From positions 64,558 to 128,557 of the forward strand of contig MU619276.1 of assembly GCA_025201805.1 (NCBI GenBank): 64,000 nucleotides of DNA. The letters are read 5' to 3'. The DNA is from Parasitella parasitica NRRL 2501 (lineage: Eukaryota > Fungi > Mucoromycota). The translations under genes were made by a program, and so were the position numbers. Shown here piece after piece: positions 23,771 through 34,943 of this stretch (the first letter of the stretch is position 1; each line of letters starts with the position of its first letter). Below the pieces are notes generated by a model, which was not told the DNA's origin, made no database searches, and was given only the letters and a program-made list of their open reading frames with translations.

Positions 23771-24921
23771 ATGAAGGAAGAAGGTATATATATGTATATA
23801 TATATACAATTGACGCATGTTTTGAAATTTCATTCGTAACCACCAACTAAAAAAAAAATATTCCCTTTTTGCTTTTCTTTATTCCTGCTTAGCAACAACA
23901 ACATTTCATTTGAGTTGGTCAGTTATCGTCATGTCTGTGCTCTCATTCTTGGTTGTGTACCGCAAGTACGGTGGTTTTTACTACCGCTCCCTCATGTCGA
24001 CTCTATGTCTTTTGGTCATGGCTATTTATGGCATGTGTGTGTCCATCATATTCCCAATCTTTGGTAAAACCCATCTAATCAATTACTCGGTCGCTCGTGG
24101 TTACTATATCCTCGGCAGTTTCTTTTGTGGTCTAAAGGTGGTATCTGAAGGCGAGGAAAATCTGCACAAGGTAAAAGGCCCTGTTATATACGTCTGCAAT
24201 CACCAATCCAGTATGGATGTCATGCTGATGGGTAAGGTTTATCCTAAAAACACTGCCATTGTCGCAAAGAAGCAGCTCAAATATTACCCTTTCTTGGGCT
24301 GGTTTAGTAAGTATGATTACATGGACATCTGGATATGATCAGTTTACTGATGAACATCACGGCGTAAATAGTGACTTTGAGTAACGCTATTTTTTTGGAT
24401 CGCAAGAATAGGGATAATGCTGTCAAAGAAGCTCGCAATGCCGCTTTAGACATCCACAGAAAGAATGTAAGTGCTTCATACAAGTATTGCGGTGATAATC
24501 GGGTGAAAATAACGCATTTGGGACAGACAAACGTCTGGGTTTTTCCTGAAGGTACCCGTGGACATGAAGCCGAGATCTCCCTCTTACCTTTCAAGAAGGG
24601 CGCTTTCTACATGGCTGTCCAAGCTGGCGTCCCCATCGTCCCTGTTGTCATCTCCAATTACTACGACCTCTACAGCGCCAAAGAGAAGAGATTCGATGCC
24701 GGAACCCTTTATTGTCGAGGTATGCTTGTTGCTTTTTGTTGTCAGTTATTTTTATTCATCTGATTATTTTTATCCGCATAGTTTTACCTCCCATCTCGAC
24801 CCAAGGTGTAGTTGAAGAATCCGCTGACATTGAAAAGCTCGCCAACTTGTGTCGTGATCAGATGCTTGTTGCACTCGAGGAAATCACTCCTGCTCGTCGA
24901 ACCAAGAACAAAGCCCAATAA
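23771..24921 (+). CDS. SLC1: 1-acyl-sn-glycerol-3-phosphate acyltransferase
   Basis: Motifs [31 protein letters not shown] and LPFKKGAF. A 13-nt first exon (23771-23783) splices in frame to 23893. Confidence 0.93.
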
Positions 24922-25205
24922 ACACAACAGTAGATATAAATATATACTATTTTCCCTGTATAATATCAATATACAACTGCATAAAATAAAGAAATATAGA
25001 GAGAAAAAAAAAAAACAAAACAAAAACAAAAGAGTTTTATTTCTTTTTCCACACATCATGAAACACGGATATCAAAAAAAAAAAAAAGGGGTGAGAGAGT
25101 AGGTTGTTTACGACATTCGAAAGATAGAACAAAAGACACTGGTTTTTTTTTTGCTGTTTTAAAGGGTTCTATAATGCAGATGTAGTGTAGTGTTGTGTGT
25201 ATATT

Positions 25206-25603
25206 TTAAAGCTGAATTTGGTTGCGAGAGTTGAACTTGTGTACCAACATCTACGATATATAAAAACGACATTAGGTTTCCATGGTTACCAAGACAACAT
25301 ACATTATCTCTAAATTTACCTGACAACCGCAGAAACCAAGGAAACAAGCATAAACAATAGCAGCAGAGAAACATGCTTTTGCAGTTAGCTTTGGATCATC
25401 AGGGTCACTCGTGAACTCTGTTAAAATCTCTACTTTGGCATCAAAGGCCATGCCGAGGACAACCTATCATGTTGGGAACGTGTTTTCGTATGAGATGCTA
25501 TAGCACATGTCGCTGATGCAAGGTTACTTACAAGGAAGATGATACCACAGAAGGAGAGCATACTACAGCACGTAGCATTTCCAGGGCTTACAAATGTCTT
25601 CAT
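25206..25603 (-). CDS. V-ATPase V0 subunit f (RNase kappa/RNASEK homolog), 86 aa, 3 exons (25603-25532, 25463-25320, 25250-25206)
   Basis: Spliced product MKTFVSPGNATCCSMLSFCGIIFLVVLGMAFDAKVEILTEFTSDPDDPKLTAKACFSAAIVYACFLGFCGCQMLVHKFNSRNQIQL. The two-TM hairpin and the CC/DP-DP/CF-AAIVY pattern match this family. Introns are canonical. Confidence 0.85.
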
Positions 25604-26143
25604 TTTATACAGGAAAAAAGATGTGGTAAATGTGAACAATGTTCCAGTGAAACTGGTTCACCAGATTGTAAAAGAACCTCTTGTTCACGACGTCACATCA
25701 TACAATGACGTTTCATTCTCTTGGACAACTGGAGAGATGATGGGCTCCAATTTATAAGGGAGAGGGATCTTTTTTCAACTCTTTTTCTTGTTTTTTTTGT
25801 AAACTTTTTCTTTTTGTCCCAAAGCATTTTTTAGAGGCTCGCACAAGATAGAAATATCGTCCTCTTTCAATAATCTTCAAGAGAACAGAACCCTCTCTAT
25901 CAGCGTCTATATTGTATTTAGGATTTCTACGCTCATCTTATTTTGATAATTAAAATTCTTGAAAAAAAAAAAAGTTTACAGAGAATTTTTTGTGAAAAGA
26001 AAAAAAATAATCTGTAACCAAAAGATATAAGGCAACAAACGATATAACCCACGCATAATTATTCAAGCGCAAGTAACTTTGATTGCAGGAAGATATTCTT
26101 CACATTTGCAACAAACAAGAAATTTTAATCAGCAAACACGCCA

Positions 26144-27902
26144 ATGGGCACGACTAAAAGTCGTAAATCTAGGCGGAATAATTCAAGACCAACTGCCTTC
26201 ACCTTTTTATCCAATATTGCGCTCGGTAGCGAAAATGAAAAACCACCGGATGAATCTATACGAATCAAATCCTACTTGTCAGCAGCCGATCCAGATGCTC
26301 TGCACCACCAGTTCCACCATGTTGAAGACTCAACGACAGCCCAACAACAACCACAAGCAGTCGGAGGTTTGTCAATGCTACAAGTGATTTCATGTTAATA
26401 GCAAAAAAAAAAAATAACCAACATTTTATTCTGTGTGTAGCTTCTTCCTTACATTCATCGGATAGCAGCTTTTCCGCGGACGAGGACAACTCGATCCCAC
26501 AAACCACCGTACCTTCTGATCCCCATGCTAGATCTATTTCAGCAACCACTGCACCCGTTATAGCAGCTAATGTGAATCATATCGATCAGCAATTTACAAA
26601 AAGAGGAAAGCTTCTCTCGTTACCAAAAAATCGCCATCCTTCCGAGAGCAGCAATGAAGATGTACACCATCATAAATTGACTAGAGAAGACAGCGAAAGA
26701 CCTATTGCTTCTGAGAAAATCAAGAAAAAGTCAACCCATTACGATAAAGACGTAAGGCGGCAGCGGCAGACTTTTGTACTTATTTTTCTCTAATCAAAAA
26801 GCATTGACTATTTTTATTTCAATTCATTTTTATCGCTGGATATAGCATGGACAAGGCAGCATGTCTATCTTATCCGTTTTCCGTTATTACACTGACAAAA
26901 TCCGTAGTTCGACAAGCAAGAAAAAGTTTGATCCATCTACTGCCACAAATCGCGGCTATGTGTAAGTTTTTTCTTTTTCTTCGCCAAAGAATTGCTGCAA
27001 CAGCTAAATCCATCTATGATGTAGACAGCAACAATTAGAATCTCATGACGGCCACAAGCATCGAAAGGCTCAATCGTATGCTCACTTTTTGAATGCGACA
27101 GGTTCCTTACTGTAATTGGAAGCCCTGATTAAATCACTCTAGCCCTTTTCTCTAATAACTCCTTTTTTGTAGTAGTGATGATGCAACTGTGCAAGAAAAC
27201 CTCGACGCCAATTCCTACGATCCCTTTTTCCTCGATGATGATTCGTATGGTAAATATGGTTTAGATTCAAGCTCATTAGGAACGCTGGCCAACAGCGGCG
27301 CCGGTATCACTACTGCGGCTAATACCATGAAGCCCTCTGAACTAAAACGAGAGATGAATGAGCAGTTCCGTCTGAACCATCCGGAAATTTCATCCGAGAT
27401 CACACTTAGTAAAATAAGAGCCATCAAGCTGCATCTGCTGGAGATTGGCAAACAGGTCGATCTGGAAGTGTCCAGTGTTGCCCATGCATATGTGTTTTTC
27501 GAAAAGTTGGTTGTCAAGGTGAAAAAAACAAAACAAATACAAAACAAAAAACAGCCTAACGCAAATAATGAAATATGCCACTAACGACCTACATTATAGG
27601 ACATTGTCACCAAGAAGAATCGGAAATTGATCGCCGCATGCTGCCTATTTTTAGCTACTAAAGCAAACGAGGCCAAGGGCACTTGGTTTGGGCCACTGCT
27701 AGACGCAATGGACGATGAATTAGACGTGGATGCCGAAGAAATCCATGAGCATGAGTTTGCTGTGTTTGCAGATCTAGAATTCAATCTCTATGTACCCCGA
27801 AGAGAATTCATGCCTCACTTTGAGCGCATCTTTAACCACTTGGAATACAAGAGCATTCAAGATTACCTTGGTAATTCGGCTTTTTACGAAGTTAATCAAT
27901 AA
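26144..27902 (+). CDS. CABLES-like protein (CDK5 and ABL1 enzyme substrate family) with C-terminal cyclin box
   Basis: N-terminal AFTFLSNIALG, then YDPFFLDD, ELKREMNEQFRLNHPE, ITLSKIRAIK, VAHAYVFFEKLVVK, TKKNRKLIAACCLFLATK and EFAVFADLEFNLYVP. It is multi-exon. Confidence 0.85.
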
Positions 27903-27964
27903 TGAATGTAATAAACAAGCAAAAAATAAATTACAAATAAACCACAAAATTTTTATTAAACGTT

Positions 27965-30069
27965 CTATGGTGATATACGAGTGCTGTTTCCATCAGCTGT
28001 TGTTGCTGTACTAGTGATGGCAAGCGGTATAATGTGATCATTTGTTGTTGCTGGTGTCCCTGTCATCGTTGCTGTGATGGCAGATGCGCCTGCCGAGCTG
28101 TTTAAACTGATAAAGGTGTCCATTTCTCTCCTGGGTGGTGTAAAGCTGTTGTGAGGGTTGTATCTAGAATATCTCAAGCGTCTAAAAAATTGTGTGATGC
28201 GTCCGCTTGAGCTGTAAACAATGGCACCACTGTCTTTGTTATTATCAGTTGCTGCAGGTACATTGAAGGCAGAAGAAGAAGCAGACACCCCTTCCCCTGC
28301 TATTATTGATTTAGCTGCAGTAGCTTTTGTGTCCACAATTTCTTTTTCTTCCTTTGCAGACAACCAATTACTCGTATGCTCTAGCTCCTGCTGTCCAGAA
28401 TGATCCGCCTCCTCATCATCGCTTAAATGCGCGGCTGGATCAGGTTTCGAACTAAGCAAAAACACACCATAGATCAGAACACCAATACCAACAAAGACCA
28501 GCACAATGGCCCACGGAGGATAGTTTCCAATCTCATCGAGATAGATAATTGTATTGACGAGGCCTAGCGCAGTATAGGTACCATAAAAGACGGGCACTAC
28601 GACGACGGAGGAGTACAGCTTGAGAGCAGTGTTCAGGCAATACACCTATTTTTTTTTTTTTTTTTTATAATGTTAGTACTGTTTACTAAGCAGCATATCG
28701 TATAGACATAAACAAATAACAAACCTGTAATATCGCTGTAATCAGTAGTGCTAATAAGATAAACCGGCTTGCGTTATCATTAAATTGGTTTACTTGAGAC
28801 TTGATAGACAAAGTAAACAGTTTAACACTGTGCGGATTAGCAAATGTTGTCAGAACCCACTCTACAAATCAAGGAAATATACACAACATACCCACTTTTG
28901 GCCAGCAATAGAGTCTCACTAGCCAGGACACCGCCTTCTATGCTAAACATGAGGCCAACAATGTGCTTCATTTTCTTTTGGTTCATGTTGGCAAACAATT
29001 GGATTTTCTTCTTTCGGGTTTCATCTGAGATTGCCCAATTCGACCAAATTGAAATGAATAGACCACCAAAAGCAATAATGTTGAGAGCACTAAAGTAAAT
29101 TATAAAGATTGGGCGAACAAACAGCACTTTTAAGCTTTCCACGGATATCTGCTCCTCCGCTTTTTTTTTTTTTTTTTTTTTTTTGTCAGTTCAGTACTCT
29201 TTTGAAATTGCAATGAAATAAAGGGCAACTTACGATCTTCGCCATTGTACATGCCACCAAACACAACAATCCAAATCACAGATGCAACCACGACGCATGT
29301 GCCAAGTACGTCTTTTCGAGTGATTTTTGTATTTACAAGTATTTTTGCAAATACGAAATTAAATATCAATGCTACGCTTCCTAATGGTGCTACCCACTGT
29401 TATTAATTTTTTTTTTTTTTTTTAGGAGAAATTAATTATTTCATTATTTTACGTCCTGCAACTGTACGCTNNNNNNNNNNTTATTTTACGTCCTGCAACT
29501 GTACGCTAAGGCGAAGGGAGAAGCAAGAACAGGGTAAAGTAGTGCGGGTTCTAAATTTCTAAATGCAGATTTTCTGCCAGCTCAATCCAAGCCATACATC
29601 ATGGATTGTCGATTCACGTGACCTTCCAAAGCGCTAAGAATAGATGTGTTGTTGTTTGTAAATTCATGTACCTTTTAGGAGAAAAATAAAAAAAAAAATA
29701 AAAAAAAAGAGGGAATGGTTGATTAATTAAGGGGACTTTAGGGTTGATTCAAAGACACACACACAAGGGGAAAAATACCTGAGTTTTTAGATAATCTGCA
29801 ATAGATGTTAGCAAGCAGTGTCATGGAATGGTGCAGTAGGACTCACTTAGTGCAATCGTACTACCGATCAATTGACTCGCAATATAGGTGTAGAGGCCCA
29901 AATGCCATAGCGGTCTTCCACAGTCTCCACGCTGGTGTTCTTTGTCTCGTCTTGCTTCTTTAACATGGTCCAGTTTTAGTACATTTAATCCTAATGCGTC
30001 CATAAAGGACGCCGCTAAAGAAACAAATACACCGATAACAAATCGAACAACATTGTCTTCTGTTCCCAT
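27965..30069 (-). CDS. NIPA-family Mg2+ transporter (DMT superfamily), multi-exon
   Basis: ASFMDALGLNVLK, RPLWHLGL, a 17-nt micro-exon (29795-29779) then WVAPLGSVALIFN, ASETLLLAKSG and LNTALKLYSSVVVVPVFYGTYT. About 9 TM helices. Confidence 0.88.
29443..29507. other. Assembly artefact: identical 27-bp sequence on both sides of a 10-N gap
   Basis: TTATTTTACGTCCTGCAACTGTACGCT flanks the N run on each side. Confidence 0.85.
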
Positions 30070-30134
30070 ATGAATAGCGTCGTATATGTACAAGGAGATG
30101 TGTATTTATATGTCTAATATAAAAGTACAAAAAA

Positions 30135-30188
<54 letters not shown>

Positions 30189-30538
30189 AAAGGAAAAAGG
30201 AAAGGAAAGAGAATGTATCTTTGTCAAGCAGTATATAAACAAGAGGTATTTATACAAGAGCAATGCTGCATGATCGCCACTCTAGACACCAAAAAAATTC
30301 TTCTTAAAAGGGCTATTCTTAGCTTGCACATATGCAAAGATTTCATTAAAGACTGCAATTTCACAGGTTTTTCAGAGCCATTTTGTTGTCATCCATTTCT
30401 TGTACAAAATGTTTGGATTTATATTAACAATTTTACACAATCATAATATATAAAGGAATTCGTATTAATTTTTTGTCTTTGAAATGGCTATTTCAAGGAG
30501 ATAAAAAGGAGAGCAAGTGAAAGAGTACATGTGATATC

Positions 30539-33525
30539 TTAATTAGAATGGACAGAATAATTGGATTCGTTTGAGAGTGTAAGATCATCCACATCTTCGT
30601 CTTCGTCTTCATCTAATACGGGAGGCCCTACAATATATATTATTATTAGCAAATATTGGACATTTCACAAAAAACGCAAAAAAGCCTACCATCCATGTGT
30701 TTCTCCAAATCTACAATGGCAATGGGCGCACCATCCATATAGTTTACGCTATTTCGGTTGCTGCGGCCGTGCTCTTCTTTCAAGCGAAGCGTTGTTTTGC
30801 GACAAAGACCCTCAAACGGATGGCTGTCTGCAGTAACCTCTTTTACTAGTACTTGTTCAGCATGAGGCACCTCAGCCTGAGCTACAGCCTGAGGCTCTTG
30901 TGCGATTTCTTCTTCAGTCGATGCTTCAGGCTCTTCGTCTTCAATTCTGCGCGGCGCGGCATCGCCGTCCTCAGTAGTCCAGAAAATGTATTCAAATTCA
31001 CTCATAAACAGGTTAAAGATGGTAGCAGGAATGCCAAGCGTAGGAGAAAATACAATGCTGACATTGCGCATCGTCATCTTGTTGATATCAGAGTGCTGCA
31101 CAACGCGAATCAAGTGCGCTGTTAACGCTCGGAGCAAGGTGTAGTTGGAAAGAGGGAGTACAGAGACTAACCGCCCCAACTCGTTCACTCTGTCCTTGCG
31201 ATCCAGTAAATCAATAACATGCAAAAAGTCCATGCGGTGTTCTCTTGTCAAAACACTAGTGGGCAGCTCACGTAGCCACATCTTGAGCAGGCCCGCAACA
31301 ACGTGGATGTCGTACTCTTCTTTGGCTGTGAGCAAATTGATATCGCCCTCCTGGTTGAATCTTTCGCGCAATGCCTTCATGATAGAGTTGCTTCCACTGA
31401 GACGATACAGCCCCTCTTCAAGCACAGCGTCCTTGGCGTCCAGATACTCGATACAGCGATACACCACAGCAGGCAGCTCATAGCCCTCGGCAACACGAGA
31501 AATGCGCACCGCTTCCTCCAACGGGACGCTAAACACCTGGTTGGGCGAAGGCTTAGGAATGGGAATGTTCTCATACTTGTTGCGCTGACGATCGTTTTGC
31601 TCGTGAGAAGATCTAGACAAAAACCCACGGAGGCCCGCAGAGGTTGAGCTGCTTGTTGTGGCAGACGAAGACTGTGAGGGTTTGGGCATTCCTTCGCGCT
31701 GCTGCTGCGAGAGCTGGTCCTGATCTTCGCTGCTGTTGAACAGCATCTTTTTACCCCAGAACGTCATGCGATGAGCCTTGTTTCTAGCCTTCTTTTCCGA
31801 GTCGGCTGGCATAGACGGCTGCCCTTCAGGCGGCGGCGGTCTAGAAATAATAGTGGGCGACACTGCACGTCGGTTGTTGTGGAGGTTCAAATGGTCTTCG
31901 TTCCTTTGCTGCTTCTGATTGCTGCTGATCAGGTTGCCCATAGAGCTACGGCGGATGATAGGAGGACGAGGAGCAAGCGAGGTGGTGCTGTTGTTTCGCT
32001 GATCCAGGCTCGTACGGCCTGCTTCATAGGAAGACCAGGTTGCGGCGGGAGAGTTGTTGACATTGGAAGACGGCAAAGACGAGGAAACAAGAGTCGTTGA
32101 ATCTGTGGTGCTGTCGCTGGAAATGGAGGGCGTAGGCCGGCCGTACCCGCCGCTGCTTTTGCTGATAGCCATGCCAATAGCAGCACAGTCTTCGTGCGTA
32201 GGGACGCTGGTCAGTTTCTCCATATCTGCATTGCCAACATTATCCATCTTCAAGTGGCTAATGGGTGTCGCTGAGATAGCTCTGATTTCACCCTTGGACA
32301 GCTTTCTTGCCTTTTCGTTTTTACGCTTTCTTTGCAGCAAGGCCTTGTCTTCAACAATGCTGATGTTTTGCAGCAGAGCATGCACCCAGGTATCGCGGTC
32401 ATCGTCAGAATTGGCACATAGAATATGACGCACGCTGTGGGTAGAGTTTTCGCGCTTTTGCTCCACAATTAAAAAGGCATGGCGGTACACGCTATGAGAC
32501 TCTTCTTGGGGAACGGTCGAGCCGTTCATTTGGGTGCCGATTTGCGCATTGGTCAGTCGAATGGAGCCCAACTGGGTGCCTTCTTTCTGCATTTCATTTG
32601 TATGTGAGTTGGAAGGGCAACATCAAAAGCAGTGTGTACTTACGGATTCATAGTATTCCAGGACGGATTCATTCAGTACGAAATATCGAGTCTTCCAACC
32701 ACCAAAGTTTTTGCCTCGTTTTGTCAGATAGCCCTCCTTGTGGCCAGTAAACTGGTATGTTTTGCTTTCCATGACATTTGTGCTGAGAAATTCGCACAGA
32801 TCAGAGGCATCTTCTAGCGGCAGGGCGACAACGTGTTGCAGGTATTGCTCCAAGGCGACTTTTCTTTGATCTACTTTGGTGGGCGCATTGTTGGAGAACA
32901 GGGCCTTGTCTGGTAGCTTGGCAATTCTGTTGGAGATGGCTCTATTACGCTGGGTCTTGAGCTATTGTTTATACAGTTCATGTTAGCACTGTCTCAGTAT
33001 ATATATATATATATAAAAAGGGAGGGGGGATGAGGAGGAGGAGGAGGAGAGGTGCTGTGCAGTGCAGTGGCCGTACCTTGGAGTCAAGTGTCAAAAAATC
33101 AGAATATAGCTTTTCGACTCTCCATTTCTCTTCAAATTGATCGTTGCAGCCATCGTCCTTGTAGGAGCCGATAGAGAGGATAAAAGAAACTACCTCTTTT
33201 CCCTTGTCGTTGGGCTTGATGTTGGATCCAACCACCTTGACACACAAGTTGGCCAAGTTCATCATCTGTTTGGTTGCTGAGGACGGTGAGGCGGCGCTGG
33301 TTGATTGGTCGTCGTCGTCATAGTTGAGAAGATCTGTGCGGGATGAAGAAAACAGTGAACTGGTTTCGCCGTTTTTTCCTCGGCCATAGATAGAGTTGGA
33401 TGAATTATAGCTGCTGTTGGTTGCTGAATTAGATGTAGTAGTAATGGCGGTAGCTGTAGCGGTAGTGGTATTGACATTATTATTATTAACAGTATTATTA
33501 TTATTAGTGGTAGTGGCAGTAGTAT

Positions 33526-33558
<33 letters not shown>

Positions 33559-34405
33559 AAGTAGAGGTAGAGTTATTAGTATTGGTCGATCTAAAGGATG
33601 CTGAGGATGAGATCAAGAGAGGCGAAGCAGCACGCATATTTGGGTCATGCTCAAGAGCAGCTCTTGGTGGTGGCATCATTGACTCTCTTTGGCGTGCATT
33701 CCTGCGTTCTAGAGAAGAGGACGATTTGCTTGTGGAAAGTGGGATAAAGGGTGGATAATTTCTTGGTATGTTGGGTAGTGGGGCACTGTCTTTACGCTGC
33801 TGCAGCTGTGGATATTTCGATAAAGTGGGTGAATGAGGGCCAGGAGCAGGAGAAGCAGGAGAAGATCTACCGTTCAAGTTGATGTGATCCTCCATGTTGC
33901 TGCGAGCGCCAGCAGCGACAATATATGGTTCAGGTTCCTGATCCATCATTCTCTTGGAGTCGATCGGGGCGAATTCCTCTGATTTTTCCTTGAAAGGACG
34001 GTAGGGCGAGCGAGGTGGTGGCATTGGACTCACCGCAGAGACAGACGCAGCGCTAGTAGAGCAGGCAAGGCTGGTAGCACTAGCGCTAAACGCTTCAGTG
34101 GGTGATGATGTCGTCTCGCTACTCGGTGTGGATACATTGTCTTCTTGCTCTGCAATTTCACGAAGCGCCTGGGGCGAAATGAGCAAAGAAGTTACTCGTT
34201 GCTTTCTAGTAATCTCTTTTCCTAAACTATTCACTTGATCCTGAAGTCCGTCTCTTTCGGCTGAAAGACGAACATTCTCTTTTTGAAGATTTTGAATCAT
34301 GACTCTTTGCTTTTCTATGATTTTCCAAAGCTGATCATTCTGAGAGCGTAAATGGGGTATTTCATCATGGCCATAATTGACAGTGGCTTGCTGCTGTTGA
34401 GTCAT
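30539..34405 (-). CDS. PX-PH-RhoGAP protein (Bem3/Rga2-like)
   Basis: N-terminal coiled coil (LRSQNDQLWKIIEKQR), PX (WRVEKLYSDFLTLD; QRKVALEQYLQH), PH (KEGYLTKRGKNFGGWKTRYFVL) and RhoGAP (VFSVPLEEAV, LPAVVYRCIEYL, EEGLYRLSG, NKMTMRNVSIVFSPTL). The last exon ends at 30539. Confidence 0.92.
33420..33582 (-). repeat. Coding ACT/AAT trinucleotide low-complexity tract (poly-Thr/Asn) in the RhoGAP linker
   Basis: (TAG)n and (TAT)n runs are visible on the + strand. Confidence 0.9.
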
Positions 34406-34568
34406 TGAATAGAAAGAGTGGAAGGGGGGAGGAGGAGGAGGAGAAAGAGGGAAAGTTTTGTAGAAAGAAAAAAAGAGAAAGATATATAAGTTTTATGTAG
34501 AATTTTGCGCCTAATGAGGAGGATGAGGAGGATAAGCAATTACTATTCGATAATCAAGGGGATAATGG

Positions 34569-34636
<68 letters not shown>

Positions 34637-34943
34637 AGCTTTCCACTATATTATATAAAGAAGAAGAGGGAGATGGCAAATAGTAATATTATTATTTATA
34701 AAAAACCAAAGAAAAGGGGAGGCGGGGGGTAGGAGGAGGTTTGTAGCGAGTTGTATAATTAGCTGTAACACAAAACATAAAGGTCAATGTAGTGCAAAGA
34801 TATATCGTAGGACAGATGTAATAATAATATTATCTTGTAAAAATTGTAGAAATGCTTGATCGGAAGTTTCGCCGTGCTTGCCTTTAAGAGGGCCGATCGT
34901 CCATCCACACAGGAGAAAAAATACCCTTTCTTTCGGTTTAAAC

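Noticed and set aside
33417-33758. Val/Leu-rich antisense ORF resembling a membrane protein
   Set aside because: It is the reverse-strand shadow of the ACT/AAT repeat in the RhoGAP gene.
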